From Armatimonadota bacterium (GTDB lineage: Bacteria; Armatimonadota; HRBIN16), in the NCBI GenBank assembly GCA_963677485.1, contig OY781964.1:940391-1004390 (forward strand): a stretch of DNA of 64,000 nucleotides, written 5' to 3'. Positions within the stretch are counted from its first letter, which is position 1, and every line of letters begins with the position of its first letter. Under the pieces are notes generated by a model, which saw only the letters and a list, made by a program, of their open reading frames with translations, ran no database searches and was not told the DNA's origin. Position numbers and translations under genes: made by a program. Of this stretch, positions 20,283-30,572 are shown piece after piece.

Positions 20283-20450
20283 TTGCTTGGCTATGTCCGG
20301 GCGGTCTAGCGGTACGCTTGAAATGACCGCTGTCTATAGACCGCGCCGGTCTTGTTCCCGACACCCATCTTTTGTGGCTATCCGCCAGACCGGCGTGGTC
20401 TCGAGTCTTCTGCAGCCGCTAGCCTACGCACAGACCGCCCCGGACATAGG
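20283..20450. repeat. Copy A of a ~170-nt structured intergenic element with ~20-bp terminal inverted repeats (second copy at 30573..30740)
   Basis: ggctatgtccgggcggtct ... agaccgccccggacatagg termini are reverse complements; internal agaccgcgccggtct / agaccggcgtggtct inverted pair; about 80% identity to copy B. Confidence 0.7.
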
Positions 20451-20543
20451 CAATAGAAGGGTACGGATCAGTTACGGCTTATGCTACAGTGCAAGCACGG
20501 GCGGCATTTGTGGGTCAAAACGTGTGGCGTAAAACAAAAAAGT

Positions 20544-20630
20544 TGGTGCCGAGAGGGGGACTCGAACCCCCAAGCCCTTGCAGGCACTAGAACCTGAATC
20601 TAGCGTGTCTACCAATTTCACCATCTCGGC
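20544..20630 (-). tRNA. tRNA-Leu (anticodon CAG), type II with long variable arm, CCA encoded
   Basis: Manual fold of reverse complement GCCGAGATGGTGAAATTGGTAGACACGCTAGATTCAGGTTCTAGTGCCTGCAAGGGCTTGGGGGTTCGAGTCCCCCTCTCGGCACCA: 7-bp acceptor stem, D arm GTG/CAC, anticodon stem CTAGA/TCTAG with loop TTCAGGT, T arm GGGGG-TTCGAGT-CCCCC. Confidence 0.9.
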
Positions 20631-20800
20631 TCGGCATAAAATATGTTACAGCACATCGGCCGTATTGTCAAGATTAACGCATAAACGGCCCAAAATCCGC
20701 CGATAAGGCTCATATCTACCCAGATCCTTTCGTTTAGGGCTAAAATATAACAGTTGGATTAATCGAACTATCACATCAGTCTGAGATCGCGGGGGATTAT

Positions 20801-23593
20801 ATGAAAACGCTCTGGGCAGTAATAACTGTGTGTGGCATATCTATGCTTTACAGCGGTGTCGCATCTGCAAAACCTACTCCTAAGCCCATCCGTATATACA
20901 GTCGTGTATCGGATGGCAAGCAGATGATACAGCCCCCGTCTGTCGGATCACGGCTTTGGATTGCCATGGCCGGTGGAGCCATCACCCCCAATGACGAACT
21001 CCGAGCTCTGGGCACATCACTCTGGATGTTTGATGCCGACTATCTGTCCGGCTTCCACACAGGGACAGATGGCAGCAACCTGGCGAAGTTGGCGATATTG
21101 GGTGAAGACCCACAAGCCACGAAGGACACCATCCGCCGCGCTAAAATGGTGGGGTGCTTCCCGGTGATCGGCACTAATTACACGCTGCTGCTTGATGCCA
21201 CATCAGCGATATCCCTCTATACCCCCGTCAGTCTCGCCGATGGCAGCATCACAGTGAACGCCATATCACCCTGGAGCCCATGGCTCTCCAAGCTGATGAC
21301 AGACCGCTGGAGCAATCTGGCAAAAATCTGCGCCCCCGAACAGCCCGGTGTTCTTATTGGCGTGTATGGCGAAAACGGCCAGGCCGGTGGCTTCGTTGGC
21401 AACAAAGAGATGCCGGTGCAGGATGGTCCTGATGTTTGGGTTGACAAAAAGCTCACACCAGGCTACTGGTGGGGCGATCACACTGCCCTCGAGAACTTCC
21501 AAAAAAGCATGTTGCGCAACTATGAAACCATAGAGAAGCTAAATACCGCCTGGGGCACAGGTTACACCACCAGCACACAAATTGCACTGCCTACAGGAGC
21601 TGATTCGGGCGAACGCTACTGGCTGGATGCTCTGGCCTGGTATGCGAATGGATTCGCTTACGTGGCGGACATGCAGGCTCGTATCGTCAAACGGGTGATG
21701 CCCGATTCGCCGCGATTTCTGCCGGCTGGAATGAACCTTAACCCACGGCTTGGATCTGATATCAGCGCTATGGCGAAGGTCGCAGGACGGACCGGATGCA
21801 CGCTCATACTGGAGCCAGACCGCTACGGTGCAGATGGCCGCATTTTGAACGCGTTGGGAGCCACCGCGGCCAGGTTTTATAAGGCCAACTGGATGATGGG
21901 CAGGCGCACCAGTGAAGAAATCAACCCATCGGTCAGGATGTTTGACACCATATCCGGCGGAGGTGTCGGCTGGGTAGAGTCGCAAGCTCTAGCAGCAGGC
22001 ACAATGCCAGATGTCGAGCGCAGCCTGCGTTCACTCGATATCGGCAAGCCGGTGATTGACACAGCACTGCTGCTTCCGACGGCGCAGATGCGTTTATTGT
22101 CAGGCAGAGGTTTGGCTAACCTATCGAAGAGGTATGACCAACTGCGTGACCGCTTCCCGTTGGACGTGGTGGATGAAAGGCTCATCACAGATGGAGCACT
22201 TACGGCTTACCACACACTGTTCATCTTCAACACCTCAATGCTGGAACCTGGCACAATCAAGCAGATTGGGGAATGGGTTAAATCAGGCGGTATTCTGGTC
22301 ACCGATATAGACCAACCGATTCGGGTACCGGGAGGCAAAGCCTCCTTGTGGAACACATCAGTCGGTCTCATGAAGCCCACCAGCATCGACCCCGCATTTC
22401 TGCCCCAGATGGTGGGCAATGCCTACCGATTTGAGCTGTCAAGCGATGAAGGCCGATACCTAAAGTGGGGCGACTGGCAGCCTTCGCAACAGCCCGATTC
22501 ATCAGGATGGATGGGCTTCACCAAAAAAGGCGGGCTAAAGCTTCCCGCTAGCGGCCAGAACAGTTACGGCTTGAGTATCACCGCCCGTGGAGAAAAGGGC
22601 AGCCGGACCACGGTTGTCCTTGATAACAAACCCATCGGTGTGCTTGATGCCGACGGCACGGTCGTCTACAAGTTCGCGATCAACCCCAAACCGGTAGCTG
22701 GTATCAGCCAGCTCCAATTCGTGAGCAGCGGACGCAGCAGCCATGAGATCAAAACTGTAGGCGTGCAGTTGGTGGGAGCCAGCGACTTCAATGGTGCGCC
22801 CGGTGTGTGGCGGTTCAACAAACCCACGGCCACCATCGCCAAATCTGTCTTCAACGCAGTAGGCCAGGGTGGAGTGGCACTCCTGCCCACCATCACCAGC
22901 ACGCATGGTCAAGATTACATCCGCGCGCTCTGCCAGGAGTTCGTGTGCAACCGAACCAATCTGATCAAGCATGCCGTTGATGCGCCGCTGATTGATGGCC
23001 TTGAAGACCGTGTTGAAACCACATTGTTGACGGACAGGCTGGTGATGCTGAACCGAAACAACAAAGATCTGACCCGCACCATCGCACTGAGCAAATTAAA
23101 AAAGGCCGGTTTAGCGGATGACGAGTTAGGTGGAGATATCAAGCTGCCGGCGAATGGCATCAACTCTATCACTATCCAGCCAAGGCCTGTTGAGCTGATG
23201 CTGGGCTGTGAGCAGTTCGTCAACCTGTATAACAACAAAGCCGAAATGCTGCAGGGTTGTCTGCCGGATGGCGTACCTAACTGTGTCGCACTAAAAGACA
23301 CAGCTAAAATCGCCACACGCTTCCCGCTCAGTGTTGCAGGTGAATATCGACTATTTGTCAGGGCCCTGAGAAATGGTGAGCCGTCTGCTGTTGATATCCG
23401 CATTAATGGGCATCCCCTATCGGGTGGAGCACCCGTTCGGACAGGCGATATGTGGTATCTGGGCAGCGCGAAGTTGGGTCGCGGTAACCACCTTCTTGAG
23501 CTGACGGGCAAAAAGTATCAAACGGTGTATGCCGACTTCATCATTCTGTCAGGCGACACACGTGTAGAAGGGTTCCGCATCGTTCAGCGGTAG
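20801..23593 (+). CDS. Large secreted protein, putative glycoside hydrolase (region with GH42/beta-galactosidase-like LNTAWGT motif)
   Basis: Signal peptide MKTLWAVITVCGISMLYSGVASA; 930 aa; motif YETIEKLNTAWGTGYTT resembles the LNxAWGT block of GH42-type enzymes; family assignment tentative. Confidence 0.4.
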   Translation: MKTLWAVITVCGISMLYSGVASAKPTPKPIRIYSRVSDGKQMIQPPSVGSRLWIAMAGGAITPNDELRALGTSLWMFDADYLSGFHTGTDGSNLAKLAILGEDPQATKDTIRRAKMVGCFPVIGTNYTLLLDATSAISLYTPVSLADGSITVNAISPWSPWLSKLMTDRWSNLAKICAPEQPGVLIGVYGENGQAGGFVGNKEMPVQDGPDVWVDKKLTPGYWWGDHTALENFQKSMLRNYETIEKLNTAWGTGYTTSTQIALPTGADSGERYWLDALAWYANGFAYVADMQARIVKRVMPDSPRFLPAGMNLNPRLGSDISAMAKVAGRTGCTLILEPDRYGADGRILNALGATAARFYKANWMMGRRTSEEINPSVRMFDTISGGGVGWVESQALAAGTMPDVERSLRSLDIGKPVIDTALLLPTAQMRLLSGRGLANLSKRYDQLRDRFPLDVVDERLITDGALTAYHTLFIFNTSMLEPGTIKQIGEWVKSGGILVTDIDQPIRVPGGKASLWNTSVGLMKPTSIDPAFLPQMVGNAYRFELSSDEGRYLKWGDWQPSQQPDSSGWMGFTKKGGLKLPASGQNSYGLSITARGEKGSRTTVVLDNKPIGVLDADGTVVYKFAINPKPVAGISQLQFVSSGRSSHEIKTVGVQLVGASDFNGAPGVWRFNKPTATIAKSVFNAVGQGGVALLPTITSTHGQDYIRALCQEFVCNRTNLIKHAVDAPLIDGLEDRVETTLLTDRLVMLNRNNKDLTRTIALSKLKKAGLADDELGGDIKLPANGINSITIQPRPVELMLGCEQFVNLYNNKAEMLQGCLPDGVPNCVALKDTAKIATRFPLSVAGEYRLFVRALRNGEPSAVDIRINGHPLSGGAPVRTGDMWYLGSAKLGRGNHLLELTGKKYQTVYADFIILSGDTRVEGFRIVQR

Positions 23594-23850
23594 CCAGTAT
23601 CCGACAGCATAAGGGATCATCGCTTGTGGTCCCTTATGCTGACCTCATCCATTTCAACCCCGTCCTCCCCCTGGCCCGCGGCCACACCTAAGAAGATTAA
23701 CAATATGAGTCAGCGAAATGGTATAATTAATATGCCGGTATCTCTTTCCATACTGGCCATAGTTTGGTTTTCCGTGAAAGGAGTGGGCGGAGCGTGCCCA
23801 CTCTTTTTCATACACATAGCAAACATTATTTCACACGGTGGGAGGCGGTC

Positions 23851-24906
23851 ATGCATTCTGAGCTCTTCAATCAGCTAATGATAATCGCACAAGAAAAAAA
23901 GATCCCCATGGAGAGACTTCTGAGGACACTTGAAGATTCGCTCACCGTTGCATACAGGCGTCATTACGACCCGCCCACACCAGTCTCTATCCGGTGTCAG
24001 ATGTCGGAATCGAACGATTTTACCATCACAGCAGGTCTGTTGGTCGTAGAAAAAGTCGTTAGCCGTAGTCACGAAGTGGAGTTCATGCGAGCCCGCAGGC
24101 ATCAGGAAGACTGCGAGCTGGGCGATATTGCTTTCATCCCTGTCAACTTGGAGGAATTCGGCCGTATTGCGGCTACCACCATGAGGCAGTCCCTTCAGCA
24201 GATCATACGACAGGCTGAAGAAGACATGAAAGTGGAGCACTTCCGCGAACGTGTCGGTGAGATAGTCAACGCAAAACTGATGCGCCGCGAACGCGACTCA
24301 TTCATTTTTGACCTTGGTGATGTGGATGGCGTGCTCACTAAAGAGGAGCAGGTCCCTACCGAAAACTACAGTATGCATACCAATATGCGTGTCTACCTTC
24401 TGGAAGCCAAGAAGGAATCAAAGGGTGCGGTGGTCTACCTCTCGCGGTCACACCCAGCCCTGATCCGCAAACTGTTTGAATTAAACGTGCCCGAAATTCG
24501 TGATGGTGACGTAGAAATCAAATCCGTCGCCAGAGAGCCAGGGGCTCGGACTAAAATATCAGTCATCTCATACAGTAACTCCATTGACCCAGTGGGTGCC
24601 TGCGTGGGACAACGCGGAATGCGTGTGCAGGCCGTAGTCGATGAAGTGCATGACGAAAAGATTGACATCATTCGGTGGAGCGATGACCCTGTCCAATATA
24701 TCGCGGAATCACTGAACCCGGCCAAGGTGAGTCTGGTCAGGGTAATCAGTGTAGAAAATAAGCTGGCTTTAGTGGTTGTGCCCGACAACCAGCTCTCTCT
24801 TGCCATAGGCAAGCTAGGGCAAAATGTGCGATTGGCTGCCCGGTTAACCGGATGGAAAATAGATATCCGCAGCCACACTCAAATCGCGGAAATCAGTGAA
24901 GGCTAA
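23851..24906 (+). CDS. nusA: Transcription termination/antitermination factor NusA
   Basis: GGGAGG SD then ATG at 23851; N-terminal RNAP-binding domain (ELFNQLMIIAQEKKIPMERLLRTLEDSL), S1 domain, KH domains (VGACVGQRGMRVQAVVDEV; LAIGKLGQNVRLAARLTGWKIDI). Confidence 0.9.
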   Translation: MHSELFNQLMIIAQEKKIPMERLLRTLEDSLTVAYRRHYDPPTPVSIRCQMSESNDFTITAGLLVVEKVVSRSHEVEFMRARRHQEDCELGDIAFIPVNLEEFGRIAATTMRQSLQQIIRQAEEDMKVEHFRERVGEIVNAKLMRRERDSFIFDLGDVDGVLTKEEQVPTENYSMHTNMRVYLLEAKKESKGAVVYLSRSHPALIRKLFELNVPEIRDGDVEIKSVAREPGARTKISVISYSNSIDPVGACVGQRGMRVQAVVDEVHDEKIDIIRWSDDPVQYIAESLNPAKVSLVRVISVENKLALVVVPDNQLSLAIGKLGQNVRLAARLTGWKIDIRSHTQIAEISEG

Positions 24907-24911
24907 TAGCT

Positions 24912-25211
24912 ATGAAAGGGGTGCCTCATAGCCCACTGCGGAGTTGCGTGGCTTGTCGCCGTCAGGCTGATAAGCGCGAACTGCTTCGCGTGATTCGCAC
25001 CCCTCTAGGGGCCACTGAGGTTGATCTCAGCGGCAAACAAAACGGAAGAGGCGCGTACCTCTGTTGGAGCACCAAATGCCTTGAACAGGCTGTCAAAGCC
25101 CGGAAACTTGAGCGGGCTCTCCAAACGGCGATCTCAGATGAAACCACAAAACTCATTAGAGATGCAATTGCGACGCGCGCGAAGGAGGCAGACAATCAAT
25201 GGCAGGGATAA
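24912..25211 (+). CDS. YlxR/RnpM-family protein (DUF448) between nusA and infB
   Basis: RSCVACRRQADKRELLRVIR Cys/Arg motif typical of YlxR; conserved nusA-ylxR-infB synteny. Confidence 0.8.
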   Translation: MKGVPHSPLRSCVACRRQADKRELLRVIRTPLGATEVDLSGKQNGRGAYLCWSTKCLEQAVKARKLERALQTAISDETTKLIRDAIATRAKEADNQWQG

Positions 25212-27199
25212 CAGTAAAAGATCTCGCCGTAGAGTGCAAACTCAGTGATAAGGAGATGCTTAGCAACCTCGTTGAACTAGGCATCGATGTATCCAGCGGC
25301 ACAGATACCATAGATTTCACTACAGCACTGACTATGCGCGACATGCTCGTGAGTAATGTGCCTGTAGCAGAAGCAACCAGCATCATGGCACTGCGTGATC
25401 TGGCCCAAGTATTTGGTGTGCAGCCACCACTGCTGCAGCAGCAGCTCATGAAAGCAGGCCTGCTGGTTGGCCTCACTCAGTCACTCAACAAAGATCAGAT
25501 TGAAGAGCTCGCTTTTCATTTCAAGCGATCCATCAAGTGGCAAGAAGCGGCCAAAGCGGTGGTGCCGAAAACGGCACGGCCTACAAAGAAGGGCAGCGGA
25601 CACGCTCTCACGCCCAGACCCCCTGTAGTGACCATCCTTGGACACGTCGACCATGGCAAGACGACCCTGCTTGACGCTATCCGACACACGAATGTTGTGG
25701 ATAGTGAAGCCGGCGGGATCACTCAGCACATCGGCGCCTACCAGGTGGTGATCCAGCACAAAGGCGAGCCACACAAAATCACCTTCCTTGATACCCCAGG
25801 ACACGAAGCGTTCACCGCAATGCGTGCCCGTGGTGCTCAGATTACGGACATCGCCATCTTGATCGTCGCGGCTGATGACGGCGTAATGCCCCAGACAGTG
25901 GAAGCGATCAACCATGCGAAAGCGGCCGGTGTGCCGATTATCGTAGCGGTCAACAAGATCGACAAGGAAAACGCCAACCCTGACCGCCTAAAACAGCAGC
26001 TCGCCGAGCTCAACCTTGTTTGTGAGGAATGGGGCGGCGATGTGATGTTTGTGCCCATTTCTGCTAAAAAGCGGACGGGTATCGAAAACATCCTGGAAGC
26101 TATTTTGCTTCAAGCGGAAATGCTGGAACTCATGGCCGACGCTCATGCAGAGCCAGAAGCCATCGTGGTGGAAAGCAAGATCGAACGCGGACGAGGATCA
26201 GTCACCTCCGTCATCATCACCTCGGGAACTCTCAAGGTGGGTGACTGTGTTGTTTCTGGAAGTGCTTATGGCCGTGTTCGAGCTATCACTGATGAAAAAG
26301 GCAAGACCCTCGCGAAAGCTGTCCCAGCCCAGCCTGTAGAAATCACAGGATTGAGCAAAGCACCTGAAGCGGGCGACCGCTTAGAAGTGGTGAAGAACGA
26401 GCGCACAGCACGTCAAATCGCTCAGCGTAACGAACAGCAGGAGCGGGTTACCGCCATCGGCTCAACCGCAAAAACACAGATCACCATCAAGGACCTGCAC
26501 CAGCAGATTGCAGAAGGTAAGGTGCATGAGCTCCACGTCATCGTCAAAGCTGACGTGGCGGGTTCTGCGGAAGCCATCCAACAGCAATTGGCGCGTTTGG
26601 AGCACTCCGAAGTACGTGTCCGTGTGCTCTCCTCTGCAGTGGGCAACGTCAACGAGAGCGATGTGAACCTGGCGAGTGCCAGCAACGCGTTGATCCTAGG
26701 CTTTAATGTCAAAATTGAGCCTGCCGCATTACAACTTGCGGAAGTCGCCTCTGTTGAAGTTCGCGTCTACAGCATCATCTACGAACTGCAGGAAGAGATA
26801 GAAGCCGCCATGCGTGGCCTTCTCGAGCCCAGGATTGAAGAGAATACGCTAGGCAAAGCCGAAATTCGGACAGTGTTCAACCTTCCCCGGGGTACCGTCG
26901 CTGGCTCCTACGTCACCGACGGCAAGATCGCCCGCGGTCAGTTGGCCAGGCTCTGGCGTGGAACCGAACAGATATGGGAAGGCCCCATTGACAGTCTGCG
27001 CCATATCAAGGATGATGTCCGTGAGATGGCAGCCGGCTATGAGTGCGGCATCGTCTTCCAGAACTTCACCGCCATCGAAGAAGGCGACATCGTGGAATGC
27101 TTCGAACGCAAGGAAGTAGCCCGCGCCGACGTCATCAAGCTTCGCCAGAACAAGATGGCACAGCAATTGGCGGAGTCTGTCGAAGAAATTCAGGCCTAA
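25199..27199 (+). CDS. infB: Translation initiation factor IF-2
   Basis: G-domain [28 protein letters not shown]; C-terminal beta-barrel domains; 666 aa. Confidence 0.95.
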   Translation: MAGITVKDLAVECKLSDKEMLSNLVELGIDVSSGTDTIDFTTALTMRDMLVSNVPVAEATSIMALRDLAQVFGVQPPLLQQQLMKAGLLVGLTQSLNKDQIEELAFHFKRSIKWQEAAKAVVPKTARPTKKGSGHALTPRPPVVTILGHVDHGKTTLLDAIRHTNVVDSEAGGITQHIGAYQVVIQHKGEPHKITFLDTPGHEAFTAMRARGAQITDIAILIVAADDGVMPQTVEAINHAKAAGVPIIVAVNKIDKENANPDRLKQQLAELNLVCEEWGGDVMFVPISAKKRTGIENILEAILLQAEMLELMADAHAEPEAIVVESKIERGRGSVTSVIITSGTLKVGDCVVSGSAYGRVRAITDEKGKTLAKAVPAQPVEITGLSKAPEAGDRLEVVKNERTARQIAQRNEQQERVTAIGSTAKTQITIKDLHQQIAEGKVHELHVIVKADVAGSAEAIQQQLARLEHSEVRVRVLSSAVGNVNESDVNLASASNALILGFNVKIEPAALQLAEVASVEVRVYSIIYELQEEIEAAMRGLLEPRIEENTLGKAEIRTVFNLPRGTVAGSYVTDGKIARGQLARLWRGTEQIWEGPIDSLRHIKDDVREMAAGYECGIVFQNFTAIEEGDIVECFERKEVARADVIKLRQNKMAQQLAESVEEIQA

Positions 27200-27220
27200 C
27201 TCCACCCTACGACCGTTAGT

Positions 27221-27266
27221 TGGCTGCATAATCGGGCATCATTGCTCGTCTGCAGCCATCTTTTGG
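27221..27266 (+). terminator. Putative intrinsic terminator after infB
   Basis: tggctgca...tgcagcca stem with internally pairing loop, followed by tcttttgg. Confidence 0.4.
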
Positions 27267-27421
27267 TCACTGAAGCGAAGGGGCAAAGCAGCTAAGTATA
27301 CCGGCAGCCACTATTGACCACAATCTGTGGCCACTTAGATATGCCGCTGTCAGCTCTTCAAACAGCCCGCTTACCGTGGCTTGAGTGCGACAAATGCACT
27401 CAGCTCAGAACAGGAATGACC

Positions 27422-27775
27422 ATGAGCAGTAATATGCGCGTGAATCGTGTTGAAAGCCTCCTTCTACAGGAGCTAAGCAACATCATCCGCAACGATATGA
27501 AAGACCCCCGACTAGAAGGCATCACCATTACCAGCGTGCGTGTAGCTGGTGACCTTGGACATGCTTGGGTAGCGGTCGCCTCCTACATGGGAGAAGCACA
27601 CCGAGACGAAGCCGTAGCCGTGCTGGAAAAGCTGGCCGGAAAACTTCGTGGTGAGTTCGGACGCAGAGCCCATCTGCGAGTAGCCCCTGAGCTGCACTTT
27701 AAAGCGGATGAAGGGCTCGAGCACGGTGAGGCGATATACAGCATTCTGAAGCAGATCGAGCAGGAAGGCAAATAG
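27422..27775 (+). CDS. rbfA: Ribosome-binding factor A
   Basis: RVNRVESLLLQELSNIIRNDMKDPRLEGITITSVRVAGDLGHAWVAV matches RbfA KH-like core; start moved to ATG 27422 (AGGA SD) to give about 117 aa. Confidence 0.8.
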   Translation: MSSNMRVNRVESLLLQELSNIIRNDMKDPRLEGITITSVRVAGDLGHAWVAVASYMGEAHRDEAVAVLEKLAGKLRGEFGRRAHLRVAPELHFKADEGLEHGEAIYSILKQIEQEGK

Positions 27776-27777
27776 CG

Positions 27778-28764
27778 ATGGATCAAGGGCTGCTAGCAGT
27801 TGTCTCAGCATTGGAATCGGCAAGAAGTGTGGCTCTATTTACGCATGTAAACCCCGACGGTGACACGCTGGGCAGTGCCCTTGCCCTTAGCCACGCCCTG
27901 CACCGTGTAGGCAAACGCGCCACCGTGTTCAGCCACAATGGCGTGCCCGATATCTGTGCTTTTCTGCCTGGTTCCGATCAGGTGTGCTCGGAGCTGCCCG
28001 ATGAGACCTTCGATCTCTACCTGGTGATCGATACCGGCGATGCGCGCAGGATTGGCAAATTCGGCGTGTTGTTTGAGGCGGGTAACCCCGCAGGCGTGAT
28101 TGACCATCATGACACTGAAGGCGGCATCGAGGGGGCGATCTACCGAGACGCCACCGCAGCCGCGACCGGCGAACTGGTGATGGAAGTCATAGAAGCGCTG
28201 GAGATACCGGTGAGTGAAGAGATCGCCATGTGCCTGTTTTCGGCGATAATCACCGACACGGGCATGCTGCGCTACCCTGCGGTGGACAGCAACACATTTC
28301 ACATCTGTGCAAGGTTGCTAGAAGCAGGCAGTCATCCAGGTGAGGTATATGACCACGTCTATGAACGCCGTAGCCTTGTCAGCCAGCAACTGCTGGGATA
28401 TGCCCTTGAGAGGATGAACCTAACCTTCGACGGTCATGTACTATGGACAGTCATTACCGAAGATGACTTCAAGCGCATCGGAGCCACGGACGACGACACG
28501 GAAGGCATCACCCAGCAGATGCGCTGTGTAGGTGGGCCGCTTGTGAACATGCTGTTGCGTGAAACCAAGCCCGGCAGCTTCCGCGCTTCAGTGCGCAGTA
28601 AATCCAAGCTGGTTGATGTGGCTATATTCGCAGGTAAATTCGGCGGAGGCGGCCACAAAATGGCAGCCGGCTTCACCATTGACTGCCGTCCTGAAGAGAT
28701 TGAGACGCTAGTCGTCACGGAGATGCAAAAGTGGACGGCCTTCTGCCTTTCCATAAACCACTAG
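27778..28764 (+). CDS. nrnA: DHH/DHHA1 phosphoesterase (NrnA-like oligoribonuclease/pAp phosphatase)
   Basis: DHH motifs HVNPDGDTLGSALAL, IDTGD, DHHD; DHHA1 GGGGHKMAAG; conserved position between rbfA and truB. Confidence 0.78.
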   Translation: MDQGLLAVVSALESARSVALFTHVNPDGDTLGSALALSHALHRVGKRATVFSHNGVPDICAFLPGSDQVCSELPDETFDLYLVIDTGDARRIGKFGVLFEAGNPAGVIDHHDTEGGIEGAIYRDATAAATGELVMEVIEALEIPVSEEIAMCLFSAIITDTGMLRYPAVDSNTFHICARLLEAGSHPGEVYDHVYERRSLVSQQLLGYALERMNLTFDGHVLWTVITEDDFKRIGATDDDTEGITQQMRCVGGPLVNMLLRETKPGSFRASVRSKSKLVDVAIFAGKFGGGGHKMAAGFTIDCRPEEIETLVVTEMQKWTAFCLSINH

Positions 28765-29633
28765 GGATTACTTCACGACGCGCGGTTGACATCGTGCGTC
28801 GGCACCTCCACGAAAAAAGAGCTGGACATGCCGGCACGCTGGATCCGGAAGCGGAAGGTCTTCTGCTGATCTGCCTTGGGCGGGCCACACGGCTGGTAGA
28901 CAGCATCCATGAACTGCCCAAAACATACATCGCCGGTCTCACCCTGGGACGCGATTCTGACACTCAGGATGCCTCAGGAGTGGTGTTACACAAGCAAGAC
29001 AGCTCACATATCACTGAAGCCGATTTGCGATGCTCCCTGAAGCAGTTCACGGGCGATATCATGCAGATGCCCCCCATGTACTCCGCATGCCATCACAATG
29101 GTGAACGGCTGTATGACCTGGCACGCCAGGGGATCACTGTAGAGCGTCCGTTACGCCCTGTCACAATACACCGTCTCGAGCTCATCGACTTCACCCCAGG
29201 TAACCCAGCACAAGCCCACATCGAGATAGAATGCAGCACGGGAACCTACATCCGAACCCTCTGCCATGACATCGGCCAGGCTCTGGGATGCGGCGGCCTC
29301 ATGCACTCGCTAAACCGCACCTCGATAGGACCTTTCACGGTTGAGAGCGCCTTGACGGAAGACAAACTTGATGAGGGATGGCCCGGTGCGCTCATCCATA
29401 CACAGACGCTGCTGCCCGAGCTCTACCCTCCGGTCACATTCAATTTGTTTGAGCAGACAAGGCTCTACAACGGCTTGTTAGTGCGTGTGGCGGATAAAGT
29501 GCCCCTAGAGGTTACAAGCGGGCTATTTGCGGGTGTGAACGAGCAAGGGCTCGGGTTCGCTACGGTCAGCCTGGAAGAAGGCCAGTTTCGCCCAGTTAAG
29601 GTATTTGGATTATTGGAGGATGTCGAGAGATGA
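28731..29633 (+). CDS. truB: tRNA pseudouridine(55) synthase TruB
   Basis: GLLPFHKPLGITS, catalytic Asp motif GHAGTLDPEAEGLLLICLGRATR; overlaps nrnA 3' end in another frame. Confidence 0.9.
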   Translation: MDGLLPFHKPLGITSRRAVDIVRRHLHEKRAGHAGTLDPEAEGLLLICLGRATRLVDSIHELPKTYIAGLTLGRDSDTQDASGVVLHKQDSSHITEADLRCSLKQFTGDIMQMPPMYSACHHNGERLYDLARQGITVERPLRPVTIHRLELIDFTPGNPAQAHIEIECSTGTYIRTLCHDIGQALGCGGLMHSLNRTSIGPFTVESALTEDKLDEGWPGALIHTQTLLPELYPPVTFNLFEQTRLYNGLLVRVADKVPLEVTSGLFAGVNEQGLGFATVSLEEGQFRPVKVFGLLEDVER

Positions 29634-30541
29634 ATGCACGTAACCGAGGATGCGTAGTGACCATCGGCTCCTTCGACGGCCTTCACAGAGGCCACCAGGC
29701 ACTCATCGCGCGCGCCAACGATTTAGGCATCAAGGCCGGTATGCCCTCGATGGTGCTCAGCTTTGACAGGCACCCAAGCAGCATCCTCTCCAGCCACTCT
29801 GTGCCTATCATCATGAGCCTGAATGACCGTTACAAGCTGATGTGCGACGCTGGTGCCGATGTGGTAACCATCCTCAAGTTCGATCACGCCTTAGCGGCTG
29901 AGCCGGCCCGTCACTTCGTCAAGCGTGTGCTGGTCGATGACCTGGCGGTACGCTGTGTGGTGGTGGGTAAGGACTTCCGTTTTGGTAAAGTGCGAGAAGG
30001 CGACTGCGCGTTGTTGAAGCAACTGGGTGATGAATATGGCTTCTGTGTAGAGCCGCTGGAGGACATTACATATCTAGGCCGTAGAATGAGCAGCAGCCGT
30101 GTCCGACGCGCGTTGGCGGAAGGCCGATTAACCGATGCCAACGTGATGTTGGGGCGTCCGTTCTTTGTGCGCGGCATGGTTGTGAAGGGGCAGCAGCTAG
30201 GACGGGTCATTGGGTTTCCTACCGCCAATCTGCAAACACAGCCTGACCAGTGCCTACCAAAATACGGAGTCTATGCTGGCCTGTTCAGCACAGATGATGG
30301 GAATTCGCATATCGCAGCGGTGGGTATCGGCATACGACCAACGGTCACAGGGAGCCACTCCCCCACCGTCGAAGCTTACCTACCTGGATTTTCCGGAAAC
30401 CTGTATGACAAAGAGGCGTTGTTGAGCCTGCATTACTTCCTGCGGGAAGAGACGAAATTCGACAGCCTGCGCGAGCTGCAGCTTCAGATGCAGCAAGACG
30501 TTCACCAGACCATGCGCCTCATGAGGGGCGTGGAGGTTTAA
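29630..30541 (+). CDS. ribF: Bifunctional riboflavin kinase / FMN adenylyltransferase
   Basis: IGSFDGLHRGHQALI nucleotidyltransferase motif; C-terminal riboflavin kinase GFPTANL...PTVE; start overlaps truB stop (ATGA). Confidence 0.9.
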   Translation: MNARNRGCVVTIGSFDGLHRGHQALIARANDLGIKAGMPSMVLSFDRHPSSILSSHSVPIIMSLNDRYKLMCDAGADVVTILKFDHALAAEPARHFVKRVLVDDLAVRCVVVGKDFRFGKVREGDCALLKQLGDEYGFCVEPLEDITYLGRRMSSSRVRRALAEGRLTDANVMLGRPFFVRGMVVKGQQLGRVIGFPTANLQTQPDQCLPKYGVYAGLFSTDDGNSHIAAVGIGIRPTVTGSHSPTVEAYLPGFSGNLYDKEALLSLHYFLREETKFDSLRELQLQMQQDVHQTMRLMRGVEV

Positions 30542-30572
30542 GGGCTGACTGACGCCCGAACCCTTGAAAGTA

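Noticed and set aside
20287-20532. 81-aa plus-strand ORF MAMSGRSSGTLEM...
   Set aside because: Lies entirely within the structured TIR repeat element. The frame is not preserved in the second copy at 30573..30740, and there is no SD.
20450-20800. Integrase/transposase adjacent to tRNA-Leu that would define a genomic island
   Set aside because: No ORF with recombinase motifs was found on either strand between the tRNA and the 20801 gene. Only the small TIR repeat is present.
23624-23878. 84-aa ORF upstream of nusA
   Set aside because: It overlaps the nusA promoter/5' region, with no homology signal. nusA starts at ATG 23851, preceded by GGGAGG.
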